The notes beneath the pieces are model-generated. The model ran no database searches, was not told where the DNA came from, and saw only the letters and a program-made list of their open reading frames with translations. From assembly GCA_964599625.1 (NCBI GenBank), contig CAZRGC010000003.1, forward strand, positions 97,759 through 161,758: a DNA stretch of 64,000 bases, in the 5' to 3' direction. Shown one piece after another: positions 44,202 to 53,234 of this stretch; position 1 is the stretch's first letter, and each line of letters opens with the position of its first letter. Source of the stretch: an uncultured Gammaproteobacteria bacterium (lineage in GTDB: Bacteria; Patescibacteriota; Microgenomatia; UBA8517). Made by a program: the position numbers and the translations under genes.

Positions 44202-44708
44202 ATGGCAAATTTTAACCGAACATATGCCGACCAGGCACCAAAAGAATATGAGGAGACAGTTGTTCAAATAAACAGGATCTCCAAAAAGACAAAAGGTGGA
44301 AACACAATGAGATTTTCTGCACTTATTGTGGTGGGCAACAGAAAAGGAAGAGTTGGGGTTGGTATGGCCAAGGCACACGACGTTAGAAACGCAATCCGAA
44401 AATCAATCGAGGCAGCCAAAAGAAATTTGGTGGACGTTCCTCTTACTGGAACAACCATCCCTTACTCAGTAAGCGAAAAGTATTCTGCAGCTAAAATTCT
44501 TTTGAAACCAGCACCCCCCGGATCCGGAATTATTGCAGGCGGACCAATGAGAGTTGTTTTGGAAGCGGCAGGAATCAGAGATGCAGTCGGAAAAATTTTG
44601 GGAACAAAGAATAAAATTTCTAATGTTTATGCGACACTCAAGGCGCTGGAGCAAGTATCACGCCTTGTTGTTATGAAGAAAAATGAGCCAAAAGCAGAAA
44701 CTAAATAA
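44202..44708 (+). CDS. rpsE: 30S ribosomal protein S5
   Basis: VVQINRISKKTKGGNTMRFSALIVVGN..GRVGVGMAKA. Confidence 0.95.
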   Translation: MANFNRTYADQAPKEYEETVVQINRISKKTKGGNTMRFSALIVVGNRKGRVGVGMAKAHDVRNAIRKSIEAAKRNLVDVPLTGTTIPYSVSEKYSAAKILLKPAPPGSGIIAGGPMRVVLEAAGIRDAVGKILGTKNKISNVYATLKALEQVSRLVVMKKNEPKAETK

Positions 44709-44710
44709 CT

Positions 44711-45118
44711 ATGAGCAAATTACCAAAAGTTGTAACAAAGTCAAAAAAGAGAATCGGTAGAGGTTTTGGAACCGGTAAAGGTGGACACACCACAAACCGC
44801 GGACAGAAGGGGCAAAAATCCCGTGGTTCCATTGGAGTTCTTTTCGAAGGAATGAAAGTCAAGAAGTCACTTCTTAAAAGACTTCCATTGCAGCGCGGAA
44901 AAGGAAAGTTCAAAGCCAACGGAAAACCGGTTATTGTTACCCTTACCGACCTGGATATTCTCCCAACCGGTAGTGAAATTACTTTAGATCTTTTGATCAA
45001 AGAGAACTTGGTCGACCCTATTTTAGGCCGAAAATTCGGAGTAAAAGTCTTGGGAGGAGGAAAATCTACCAAGAAATTTACTTTCAAAGTCCCAACTTCC
45101 AAATCTGTAGCCAAATAA
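44711..45118 (+). CDS. rplO: 50S ribosomal protein L15
   Basis: KRIGRGFGTGKGGHTTNRGQKGQKSR. It starts 2 nt after the rpsE stop, so there is no rpmD between them. Confidence 0.94.
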   Translation: MSKLPKVVTKSKKRIGRGFGTGKGGHTTNRGQKGQKSRGSIGVLFEGMKVKKSLLKRLPLQRGKGKFKANGKPVIVTLTDLDILPTGSEITLDLLIKENLVDPILGRKFGVKVLGGGKSTKKFTFKVPTSKSVAK

Positions 45119-45122
45119 ATAT

Positions 45123-45599
45123 ATGACAGAAAGTCCAACACCTGTTGGAGAAGAAGCAGAAAAACTACAAAAAACATCACTTTTAGTGATGTATTCACGC
45201 CAAGATATGGCAGATACAGCCCTTGAGGTAATAAAAGAACTTAGGGAAGCAGGTCTTAATGTCATCGATATAAACGATAAGATTGCAGATGGCTCGTGGG
45301 TGGGTGAGTCGGATAAAATATTGGAAAATACCCCAGCAGTTCTTGTTATTCCATCAAAATCCATAAAAGAAGATGGTTTGGTTAAGGACGCAGTTTACCG
45401 TGCCGACATGCTAAGGGTAGAAAAAAGAAAGAGAATCGTTCCAATATTTTTTCAGGCTAATGCAAATGTTTCGATAGGAGGCCTTGGCAGCCTTGCCGGA
45501 ATAAATTGGGACGGTGAGACAGAAGGGATTCAAAATTTTGATAAGACTGCAGCTTTCGGCCACCTCAAAACTTTTGTCGCCCAAAATACTAATTCATAA
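45123..45599 (+). CDS. TIR-like domain protein (tentative)
   Basis: SLLVMYSRQDMADTALEVIKELREAGLNVIDINDKIADGSW..AVLVIPSKSI..RIVPIFF follows the bacterial TIR_2 layout (hSYSxxD, G..W, hhhhS, hhPhhh). The conserved catalytic Glu is not evident. Confidence 0.4.
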   Translation: MTESPTPVGEEAEKLQKTSLLVMYSRQDMADTALEVIKELREAGLNVIDINDKIADGSWVGESDKILENTPAVLVIPSKSIKEDGLVKDAVYRADMLRVEKRKRIVPIFFQANANVSIGGLGSLAGINWDGETEGIQNFDKTAAFGHLKTFVAQNTNS

Positions 45600-45601
45600 A
45601 C

Positions 45602-46030
45602 ATGGAAACAATTAAACCTAACGGGTTTTTGACAAGCTTCGAGTTTGAGGGATTAAAACTTCCTGTGGAATACGTGAGAACAGATCAAGTTTGTGAGGGT
45701 GTAACTTGCGACGTTTACAAATTTTGGGGAGACAAAAAGAAGGACTTGGCGATAATAACAATACAACCTGACGCCAAAACACCACCCCAAAAAGTTTTGT
45801 CGGGAGAAAAAACAATCGAAGGATATATTTCGGGATCGGGTGTATTTACAGTGAAAAAGGACGACGGGGGTGAAGAAAGAATATTGGTAGAAGATAAGCC
45901 CACAGAGTACTTTTCAATTCAAGTAAACGTAGGGGACACAATGCAATGGAAAGCTTCGGAAGATTCTATTCTTACTGTTTTTGAAGTTTGCTACCCCCCA
46001 TACGAAGACGGCAGGTTTCAAAATCTTTAG
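45602..46030 (+). CDS. cupin-fold protein (tentative)
   Basis: 142 aa, beta-rich. GYISGSGVFTV...VNVGDTMQW...LTVFEVCYPP resembles the two cupin motifs. Confidence 0.4.
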   Translation: METIKPNGFLTSFEFEGLKLPVEYVRTDQVCEGVTCDVYKFWGDKKKDLAIITIQPDAKTPPQKVLSGEKTIEGYISGSGVFTVKKDDGGEERILVEDKPTEYFSIQVNVGDTMQWKASEDSILTVFEVCYPPYEDGRFQNL

Positions 46031-46045
46031 TGTTATACTTCCAAT

Positions 46046-46489
46046 ATGTCCCGCGATAGATTCAGACTTCTTGCAGCGTGTTACTTATTGCCAATAAAGG
46101 GGAAGAAAGTTCTTTTGTCCCGCCGTTTTAACACTGGCTGGAAGGATGGTTGGTATTCCTTGATTGCAGGGCATTTGGATGGCAACGAATCTGTAAGCGA
46201 CTCAATGATTCGTGAAGCGAAAGAGGAGTCTGGTATTGAAATTGCCAAAAAAGACTTGGTTCCTTTAACCTCCGTTCACCACAAAACAGAAGACTCAGAA
46301 TATGTGGACTTTTTCTTCGCAGTAAAAAAGTGGAAAGGTGAACCGCAAATCAAGGAGCCCAACAAGTGTGACGATATGTCCTGGTTTCCAATAGACAAAC
46401 TTCCGGAAAAATTACTTCCACACGTTAAGCAAATAATTCAAAACCTGGACTCCAATGTTCCTTTTTTTGAACACGGATGGAACAAATAA
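46046..46489 (+). CDS. NUDIX hydrolase
   Basis: Complete Nudix box GHLDGNESVSDSMIREAKEESGI (Gx5Ex7REx2EExGU). Confidence 0.85.
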   Translation: MSRDRFRLLAACYLLPIKGKKVLLSRRFNTGWKDGWYSLIAGHLDGNESVSDSMIREAKEESGIEIAKKDLVPLTSVHHKTEDSEYVDFFFAVKKWKGEPQIKEPNKCDDMSWFPIDKLPEKLLPHVKQIIQNLDSNVPFFEHGWNK

Positions 46490-46504
46490 CTGCTAAACTA
46501 TTTT

Positions 46505-47476
46505 GTGGCTCAAAAAGAAGACGACTCCTACCAAAAATATCTTGAAGACAAACACTTGGCATTTGCAACGCCCGAAAGTCTGGTATCGTCTATGGTAAAA
46601 AAGGCAACGGGATCAGAACCCTTTTCTGTCGAAAAGTTGATTCAGGGTGAAGTGAACGAGGTTTATGATGTGGAGGCTGGTGGTCAAAATGTAATAGTAA
46701 GAATTTCCCGACAAGGACCGGAAAATTTTGAAACCGAAGAAACTGTAATACGCCTCGCTTTGCAAGCAGGTGTACCCGCTCCCAAAGTTCTTCTTTTGGA
46801 ATCTGCCTCAACCGAAACCGAAGAATTGACCTTTTGTATAGAAGAAAAGATTGAAGGAAAGCCATTGAAAGAATTACTAAAAACTCTGGACGCAGAAACT
46901 CTCAAGGCAATTCTGATTCAGTCGGGCGAGATATTATCCCGTATCCATTCATTGGAAACGGACAGATTTGGGCCCTTGGATAGGCAGGTCTTTTATCCTT
47001 CATGGACAGAATATTTATTCAGGAAGGAAGAAAATAAACGTGAGATAATTGAGTATGGCTCTAAAGTGGGACTCCTGCCCGGTGTTATAGATAAAGCCTT
47101 TTCTATACAAAGGAAAAACTCAGGAATTTTGGAAATACAAATCCCCTATATTCTGCACGGCGATTTTAGTCCCAAACACATTCTCACGAATGGAAAAACA
47201 GTCACTGGAATAATAGATTTTGAAGACGCCAAAGGAGGCGATCCGGTGAGAGATATTGCTTGGATGAACTTTTTTTATGGCGATTCGGTAAATCTTGAGT
47301 GGTTTTTAGAAGGATACGGAAGGGAAAAAACAGGAATGGACTTTGATATAAAAATGAGACTTTTGAAAGTTAACTTGGGACTGGACCTGTTGGATTATTA
47401 CGGATCAGAAGGTAATATTTCAGGACTTAAATACTCGAAACGTAAATTGGAGGAAGAGATGGAATTTTTCAAATGA
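46505..47476 (+). CDS. APH/choline-kinase-family phosphotransferase (GTG start)
   Basis: Kinase-like N-lobe (VYDVEAGGQNVIVRI), catalytic loop ILHGDFSPKHIL, and metal-binding IIDFEDA. Confidence 0.75.
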   Translation: MAQKEDDSYQKYLEDKHLAFATPESLVSSMVKKATGSEPFSVEKLIQGEVNEVYDVEAGGQNVIVRISRQGPENFETEETVIRLALQAGVPAPKVLLLESASTETEELTFCIEEKIEGKPLKELLKTLDAETLKAILIQSGEILSRIHSLETDRFGPLDRQVFYPSWTEYLFRKEENKREIIEYGSKVGLLPGVIDKAFSIQRKNSGILEIQIPYILHGDFSPKHILTNGKTVTGIIDFEDAKGGDPVRDIAWMNFFYGDSVNLEWFLEGYGREKTGMDFDIKMRLLKVNLGLDLLDYYGSEGNISGLKYSKRKLEEEMEFFK

Positions 47477-47483
47477 CCCGACA

Positions 47484-48065
47484 ATGAATTCAAACACAAT
47501 AGTAATTTTGGGAACCCTGATTGGTGCAATTGGCTCGATCTTTTATCTTGTCGACGTTGTTAAGGGAAAAATAAAACCCAATCGGGTTTCTTTTATTCTT
47601 TGGTCACTCCCACCATTGATATCTGCATACGCAAATATTAAAAGTGGCGGTGGAATTGAATCTTTAATGACTTTTAGTGTTGGTTTTTTTCCACTGCTTA
47701 TATTTTTGGCAACTTTTCTCAACAAAAAATCCGTTTGGAAACTTACCAAATTTGATTTTGTTTGCGGCGCACTTTCACTTTTGGGATTCCTGCTTTGGCA
47801 GGTAACAAAAGAAGGATATTTGGCAATAACTTTTAGTATAGTTTCCGATTTTTTGGCTGGAATTCCCACCATAACAAAAACTTACAAACACCCAGAAACG
47901 GAACTGGCTTGGCCCTGGTTGATGCCGGTCTTGGGAGAAATTCTTACACTTTCCACACTTGGGGATATTACTTATCTCAACTCAGGTTTCATGATTTACG
48001 TAACTTTGTATAACACAGTCATTTTTCTTTTGGCGCAGTATAAAATCGGAAAGATATGGAAATAA
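47484..48065 (+). CDS. polytopic membrane protein, unknown function
   Basis: 193 aa with about six hydrophobic segments. Confidence 0.55.
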   Translation: MNSNTIVILGTLIGAIGSIFYLVDVVKGKIKPNRVSFILWSLPPLISAYANIKSGGGIESLMTFSVGFFPLLIFLATFLNKKSVWKLTKFDFVCGALSLLGFLLWQVTKEGYLAITFSIVSDFLAGIPTITKTYKHPETELAWPWLMPVLGEILTLSTLGDITYLNSGFMIYVTLYNTVIFLLAQYKIGKIWK

Positions 48066-48562
48066 TTAAACTACCTGTTTCAGAGTGGAAAAGTTATAAA
48101 GCAATAAGGCTTCGAGCTCTCAAGGAAGACCCTCAGGCATTTGGAGCCTCATACGACGATGCGGTCAAATTTGACGAGTCCGAATGGAGACGCAGGCTTG
48201 AAAATGCCGAAAATTCGGACAGAAGTTGGTTATGGTTTGCACAAGAAAACCAGAAAATTGTAGGCCTTATTGGGGCATATATGGAAAAAGGTGCAACAAA
48301 TGAGGCAACTATAGTTTCTGTTTTTGTTCCCAAGGAAGAAAGAGGGAAAGGAATATCGAGCCTTTTGATGGATAAGATGATATCCGAACTTTCAGCTAAA
48401 CCATATCTCAAAAAAATTAATTTGACTGTGAACAAAGACCAAGTAGCGGCCGTAAATCTTTATACAAAGTTTGGTTTCGTAAAAGTCGGTGAGCAAAATT
48501 TTAAAATGGGAAACGGTCAGAAGGCTGTGGAATTTGTTATGGAAAGACAAATTAGCACTTAA
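48056..48562 (+). CDS. GNAT family N-acetyltransferase
   Basis: Motif A VFVPKEERGKGISSLLM, and a C-terminal NLYTKFGF. Confidence 0.8.
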   Translation: MEIIKLPVSEWKSYKAIRLRALKEDPQAFGASYDDAVKFDESEWRRRLENAENSDRSWLWFAQENQKIVGLIGAYMEKGATNEATIVSVFVPKEERGKGISSLLMDKMISELSAKPYLKKINLTVNKDQVAAVNLYTKFGFVKVGEQNFKMGNGQKAVEFVMERQIST

Positions 48563-48565
48563 GGT

Positions 48566-48595
48566 CTGTCATTGATAACTTAGTTGCGATATAAT
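48566..48595 (+). promoter_or_regulatory. possible promoter upstream of secY
   Basis: CTGTCA (48566-48571), an 18-nt spacer, then TATAAT (48590-48595). The -35 is weak. Confidence 0.3.
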
Positions 48596-48606
48596 TCAAC
48601 TTCGGT

Positions 48607-49890
48607 ATGTTTGAACAAATTTTGAATTTCTTCAAGAAAGCTGTAACCACACCTTCTATTAGGAAGAAGCTTCTGGTTACCGCGGTTATCCTTGTTGTAT
48701 TTCGTTTGGCAGGACATATCCCGGCCGCAGGAATAGATCGCAATACACTCACCGCACTCTTTTTGGGAAGCCCTCTTCTTTCGCTTTTGGATGTGTTTTC
48801 CGGAGGAACTCTTGCAAACTTTTCTATTTTGGCCTTAGGGCTTAACCCTTACATCAATGCATCCATTATTTTGCAGCTTTTGGGTTATGTAGTTCCATCG
48901 TTGGAAGCCTTGCAAAAAGAGGGTGAGTACGGCCAGGAGAAAATAAATCAGTACACAAGGCTTTTGACAGTGCCTCTTGCGGCTCTCCAGGCGTTTGGTA
49001 TGTACGCACTCCTTAAGGGGCAAAATGTAATTTCCAATCTTGCTCCTTTGGAACTTTTGGCTTTGGTGATTACGATGACAGCCGGAACTGTTTTCTCGGT
49101 TTGGTTGGGAGAGCTGATTAGCGAGTATGGATTTAAAAATGGAGTTTCCCTGCTAATTTTTACAGGAATAGTAGCAAGACTTCCTGTTGTTTTGGGACAG
49201 TCGGCCAGTGTTGTACAGTCGCAGGATATTCTGAAAGTAATTCTCTTCCTGGTTGTAGCAGCTTTGGTTGTGGGAATGATTATTTTCATAAGTGAAGCTT
49301 CCCGCAAAATCCCAATACACTATGCAAAAAGACGCACCGACACAGGTTTGGGGGCAACTTCCTATTTACCACTAAGACTCAATCAAGCAGGTGTGATTCC
49401 TATCATATTCGCGGTTTCATTGGTTTTGATACCTTCGCTTATGGGTCAGTTTTTGGCCAACATTCCAAATGCTGCTGTTGCGAATGCTGCCAGATTCATA
49501 AGTACTGCATTTAATCCCCAGTCTGTTGTCTATAACCTTACATATTTTGTTTTAGTGTTTGGTTTCACTTATTTTTATACAGCGGTTATTTTCAATCCGG
49601 ATAAAATTTCCGAAGATTTACAAAAAGGTGGAGGTTTTATTCCGGGAATCAGACCCGGAAAAGAAACATCCAAATATTTGTCTTTCGTTTTGTCTCGTTT
49701 GACAGTGGTTGGAGGAGTGTTTTTGGGTTTGGTTGCTGTCATGCCTTCTTTCTTTCAAAATTCGATTGGTGCCAGTAATTTAGCAATTGGAGGAACTGGG
49801 GTGTTGATTGTTGTTTCTGTGGCTTTGGAAATTGTCAGAGAAATGGAAGGTGAGTTGGTAATGGGTAAGTATGAAGGTTTTCTAAGATGA
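48607..49890 (+). CDS. secY: preprotein translocase subunit SecY
   Basis: 427 aa, 10-TM pattern, with [16 protein letters not shown] and [13 protein letters not shown]. Confidence 0.96.
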   Translation: MFEQILNFFKKAVTTPSIRKKLLVTAVILVVFRLAGHIPAAGIDRNTLTALFLGSPLLSLLDVFSGGTLANFSILALGLNPYINASIILQLLGYVVPSLEALQKEGEYGQEKINQYTRLLTVPLAALQAFGMYALLKGQNVISNLAPLELLALVITMTAGTVFSVWLGELISEYGFKNGVSLLIFTGIVARLPVVLGQSASVVQSQDILKVILFLVVAALVVGMIIFISEASRKIPIHYAKRRTDTGLGATSYLPLRLNQAGVIPIIFAVSLVLIPSLMGQFLANIPNAAVANAARFISTAFNPQSVVYNLTYFVLVFGFTYFYTAVIFNPDKISEDLQKGGGFIPGIRPGKETSKYLSFVLSRLTVVGGVFLGLVAVMPSFFQNSIGASNLAIGGTGVLIVVSVALEIVREMEGELVMGKYEGFLR

Positions 49891-50519
49891 ACATCATTTT
49901 AATTGGGCCTCAAGGGTCCGGAAAAGGAACTCAAGCAAGACTTATTTATGAGAAGTTTAACTTTTTTTATTTTGAGTCTGGGGCCTTCTTGCGAAAAATT
50001 GCCGAAAACAATCAGGAGCTGAAAGAAGCATTGGCCTCTGGTATGTTAGTACCAGACAGGGAAATGACATCATACCTTTCTGCTTTTTTGGATCAGGAGG
50101 GTCTTTATGACGATGTGATTTTTGACGGGTTTCCAAGAACTGTTGACCAATTTAAGTTTTGGAGAAAATGGCTTGAAGACAAAGAGGTGAAATTGGACCT
50201 AACACTCCTTCTGGTTATTAGCGAGGACGAAACAGTCAGAAGACTGTCGGCAAGAAGGCTCGATCCCGCCAGCGGGGCCATATACAATTTGGTGACAGAT
50301 CCCCCACCCAAAGAAGTAGACATTAGCAAATTGGTTCACAGGGACGACGACAAACCCGAGGCAATTAAAAAAAGGCTTGCTTTATACAAGGAACGCACAG
50401 AACCCCTGATAGAGGAACTCAGGAGTGTGTCAGAGGTTGTGGAAGTCAGCGGAGAACGACCAATTGACGAGATTGCCAAGGAGATTAGAAAGATTATAGA
50501 ATACCGCCTCAGGTCATGA
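49887..50519 (+). CDS. adk: adenylate kinase
   Basis: [12 protein letters not shown] and FDGFPRT. The lid has no Cys4. Confidence 0.93.
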   Translation: MNIILIGPQGSGKGTQARLIYEKFNFFYFESGAFLRKIAENNQELKEALASGMLVPDREMTSYLSAFLDQEGLYDDVIFDGFPRTVDQFKFWRKWLEDKEVKLDLTLLLVISEDETVRRLSARRLDPASGAIYNLVTDPPPKEVDISKLVHRDDDKPEAIKKRLALYKERTEPLIEELRSVSEVVEVSGERPIDEIAKEIRKIIEYRLRS

Positions 50520-51265
50520 TTACAATTAAAACTGACGAAGAGATCAAAATAATGGCGGAGGGTGGCGCCAAACTTGGACGGGTTAAAAACTCCCTCAAAG
50601 AAGCGGTGGCTTCGGGTGTCAGGGCCTCTGAGATAGACAAGTTGGCCGTTGAGCTCATCAAAAAGGAGGGAGCGGAAGTGGCATTTAGCAAAGTGAAAGA
50701 CTACAAATGGGCTACCTGCATAAATGTAAATGAGAGTCTGGTGCATGGAATTCCCCATGACTCAATAGTTTTCAAAGATGGCGATGTTGTTTCAATAGAT
50801 GTTGGGGTTTATTACAAGGGCTTTTTTACCGACACTTCTATATCTACAGTCATCAACCCTTCTCCCGAAGTAAAAAAATTTGTGAATATAGGAAAGATGG
50901 CTCTTGAGAAGGCAATATCCAAAGTAAGGATTGGAAACTATATATACGACATCTCAAAGGTGATCGAAGACGCCGTCGAAGGTGCAGGCTACGCAACAGT
51001 CAAAGCCCTTGTGGGGCATGGTGTGGGGCGTGAGCTTCACGAGGATCCGCAGATACCATGTTTCGTTCCCGGCAAACGTGAGGAAAGCCCGGAAATCAAA
51101 AAGGGTATGGTTTTGGCCGTGGAGGTAATGTATGCTATGGGAAGCGATAAAGTGGCCATCGCCGAAGACGGGTGGACAATTGTTATGCGTGATGGTAAAA
51201 TATCAGCACTTTTCGAGGAGACAGTGGCAGTAACCGAAAAAGGCCCTAAGATACTGACTCTTTAA
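50516..51265 (+). CDS. map: type I methionine aminopeptidase
   Basis: VHGIP, D..SIDVG, GHGVGRELHE, and EETV metal ligand text. Confidence 0.94.
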   Translation: MITIKTDEEIKIMAEGGAKLGRVKNSLKEAVASGVRASEIDKLAVELIKKEGAEVAFSKVKDYKWATCINVNESLVHGIPHDSIVFKDGDVVSIDVGVYYKGFFTDTSISTVINPSPEVKKFVNIGKMALEKAISKVRIGNYIYDISKVIEDAVEGAGYATVKALVGHGVGRELHEDPQIPCFVPGKREESPEIKKGMVLAVEVMYAMGSDKVAIAEDGWTIVMRDGKISALFEETVAVTEKGPKILTL

Positions 51266-51316
51266 GTTAGTTATATCCACGTAAAGTAGGTAGTCTAAGG
51301 CTATCTGTGTCAAAAA

Positions 51317-51532
51317 ATGAAAACGACAAGCGTACTGGAAGTTGACGGAACAGTTAGTCAGGCCTTGCCCAATACAATGTTTAGGGTTGATTTGGCTGAC
51401 GGCCGAGAGGTCTTGGCAACTTTGAAAGGCAAAATGAGACGAGCCTATGTCAGGATTTTTCCGGGCGACAGGGTTAAAGTTGAAATGACACCTTTTGACG
51501 AAAAGAGAGGGAGAATAGTTTTTAAGTATTAA
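51317..51532 (+). CDS. infA: translation initiation factor IF-1
   Basis: 71 aa: LEVDGTVSQALPNTMFRVDLADGREVLATLKGKMR...PGDRVKVEMTPFD..RGRIVFKY. Confidence 0.95.
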   Translation: MKTTSVLEVDGTVSQALPNTMFRVDLADGREVLATLKGKMRRAYVRIFPGDRVKVEMTPFDEKRGRIVFKY

Positions 51533-51565
51533 AAAGAGAAAGGAATTTATATCAATAAGATAGCT

Positions 51566-51679
51566 ATGAAAGTTATAAGCTCAATCAAGCCAAGATGTAA
51601 GGACTGCAAAATTGTCAAAAGACGAGGGGTGCTTTATATTATTTGCAAAAATCCTAGGCACAAACAGCGTCAAGGTTAA
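51566..51679 (+). CDS. rpmJ: 50S ribosomal protein L36
   Basis: This 37-aa ORF is below the track cutoff. Hand translation gives [37 protein letters not shown]. Confidence 0.93.
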   Translation: MKVISSIKPRCKDCKIVKRRGVLYIICKNPRHKQRQG

Positions 51680-51689
51680 TTTTAAATAA

Positions 51690-52100
51690 ATGAGAATTGT
51701 AGGTATTGATTTACAAGACGGTTGGAAGGTAGACTACGCTCTGACAAAAATCAAGGGGCTTGGATGGACATTGTCCAGAAAAGTCATGAAAAGCGTAGGA
51801 GTTGATTTGGCAAAAAGAGTTTCAGAACTTACAACCGACGAGGTTAGCAAGATCTCTGCAGAGCTCGAAAAATATACAGTAGAAGGAGATTTGGCCAGGG
51901 TTGTCAGAGGTAACATTCAAAGACTGCAAGTAATCGGATCTTATAGGGGTTTGAGACATTCCAGAAATCTTCCGGTTAGGGGTCAAAGAACCAAAACTAA
52001 CGGTCGTACAAAACGAGGTAAAAGAAAGACAGTTGGTGCATTCAAGAAAGAAGTTCTTTCCAAGATGGCAACTGCCAAAGCTGAAGACGCAAAGAAATAA
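51690..52100 (+). CDS. rpsM: 30S ribosomal protein S13
   Basis: MRIVGIDL and GSYRGLRHSRNLPVRGQRTKTN. Confidence 0.95.
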   Translation: MRIVGIDLQDGWKVDYALTKIKGLGWTLSRKVMKSVGVDLAKRVSELTTDEVSKISAELEKYTVEGDLARVVRGNIQRLQVIGSYRGLRHSRNLPVRGQRTKTNGRTKRGKRKTVGAFKKEVLSKMATAKAEDAKK

Positions 52101-52109
52101 TTTATTTAA

Positions 52110-52490
52110 ATGGCTACAACAACTAAAAATATTAAAAAAGAATCCAAACTCGGAAAGATTTACGTTTCTGCTTCGTTCAATAATACATTGGTTACCATTA
52201 CAAACGATCGTGGGGAAACACTCGCTTGGGGTAGCTCAGGTGCGTCAGGTTTCAAAGGAACAAGGCGCGCAACTCCTTATGCTGCAACAACTGCAGTTGA
52301 GAAAGTCTTAGGAAAAGCTAAATCTGAATTTGGTGTTGAAGAAGTTGAGATTTACGTAAAAGGTCCCGGACCGGGCAGAGATGCCGCACTGCGTGCTGTA
52401 AGAAGCACTGGGGTTAAAATCAATTTGATTGCGGACATCACACCGGTTCCACACAACGGACCAAGACCCAAGAAAAAGAGGAGAGTGTAA
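52110..52490 (+). CDS. rpsK: 30S ribosomal protein S11
   Basis: GKIYVSASFNNTLVTITNDRGETLAWGSSG and DITPVPHNGPRPKKKRR. Confidence 0.96.
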   Translation: MATTTKNIKKESKLGKIYVSASFNNTLVTITNDRGETLAWGSSGASGFKGTRRATPYAATTAVEKVLGKAKSEFGVEEVEIYVKGPGPGRDAALRAVRSTGVKINLIADITPVPHNGPRPKKKRRV

Positions 52491-52520
52491 GCAAATAAAT
52501 AAAACAAAAATAAAAAAGAC

Positions 52521-53120
52521 ATGGCAAAATACGTAGGACCAAAAGATAGACTTTCAAGACGCGAAGCGTTTGATATTTTTAGTGCTGGAACAAAACTCAC
52601 AAGACTCAATGTTCCGCCCGGGGTTCATGGGCCAAAAGGTTCCAGATCTTCTTCCCAATACGGAAAGCAGCTCAGGGAAAAACAAAAGGTCAAAAGAATG
52701 TATGGCATTATGGAAGCACAGTTCGAGAGGTATGCAACCGAAGCTTTCAAATCCAAAGGAAACACAGGTGAAGCACTTCTATCTGCTCTTGAGAGACGTT
52801 TGGATAGTGTTGTCTACAGACTTGGCCTTGCTCCCAAAAGGACATCTGCAAGACAGCTTGTTTCTCACAGACACGTGCTCGTGAACGGAAAAAAGCTTAA
52901 TATTCCTTCGTACAAAGTCATGGTGGGGGATACAATTTCCCTGGATGGTAAGGGTATGAATATTCCCGAAATCAAAAAAAGCATCGACAATGACGAGTAC
53001 AAAGCCCCTGAGTGGTTGGAAAGAAAAGCTGCAGCAGGAAAAATGGTTAGAGAGCCAAAAAGAGGAGATATAACAGAACCTATCAGCGAACAGGACATAG
53101 TAGAGTTTTATAGTAGATAA
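52521..53120 (+). CDS. rpsD: 30S ribosomal protein S4 (no N-terminal zinc ribbon)
   Basis: MAKYVGPK..LSRREA, an S4 domain (RLDSVVYRLGLAPKRTSARQLVSHRHVLVNG), and no Cys. Confidence 0.95.
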   Translation: MAKYVGPKDRLSRREAFDIFSAGTKLTRLNVPPGVHGPKGSRSSSQYGKQLREKQKVKRMYGIMEAQFERYATEAFKSKGNTGEALLSALERRLDSVVYRLGLAPKRTSARQLVSHRHVLVNGKKLNIPSYKVMVGDTISLDGKGMNIPEIKKSIDNDEYKAPEWLERKAAAGKMVREPKRGDITEPISEQDIVEFYSR

Positions 53121-53170
53121 AGACAAATTGAGGCTATTTTGTGCCTAAATAGGCAATTTCAGAATTGGTG

Positions 53171-53199
53171 TTGAAAAACACTTAAATTAGGTTTAAAAT
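53171..53199 (+). promoter_or_regulatory. sigma70-like promoter upstream of rpoA
   Basis: TTGAAA (53171-53176), a 17-nt spacer, then TAAAAT (53194-53199). Confidence 0.4.
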
Positions 53200-53207
53200 A
53201 GCTCAAT

Positions 53208-53234
53208 TCCCAAGAAATCTTGGGACTTTTATTT
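53208..53234 (+). promoter_or_regulatory. hairpin + U-rich tract between rpsD and rpoA
   Basis: TCCCAAG (53208-53214) pairs with CTTGGGA (53219-53225), loop AAAT. CTTTTATTT follows. Confidence 0.45.

Larger units (their letters stand above)
45123..48562 (+). other. six-gene accessory insertion between rplO and secY
   Basis: The ORFs are tightly packed on the same strand (gaps of 2-15 nt or overlapping). G+C and translation signals look host-like. secY follows at 48607. Confidence 0.8.

Noticed and set aside
39828-45198. Many long antisense ORFs lie within ribosomal protein genes (for example 39844-40422, 40620-41138, 42842-43435 and 44701-45198, all on the - strand).
   Set aside because: They are mirror images of Lys/Glu/Gly-rich sense frames (AAG/GAA read as CTT/TTC). 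Their translations are low-complexity Phe/Ser/Leu-rich text. They have no independent signals, and the sense frames encode unmistakable ribosomal proteins.
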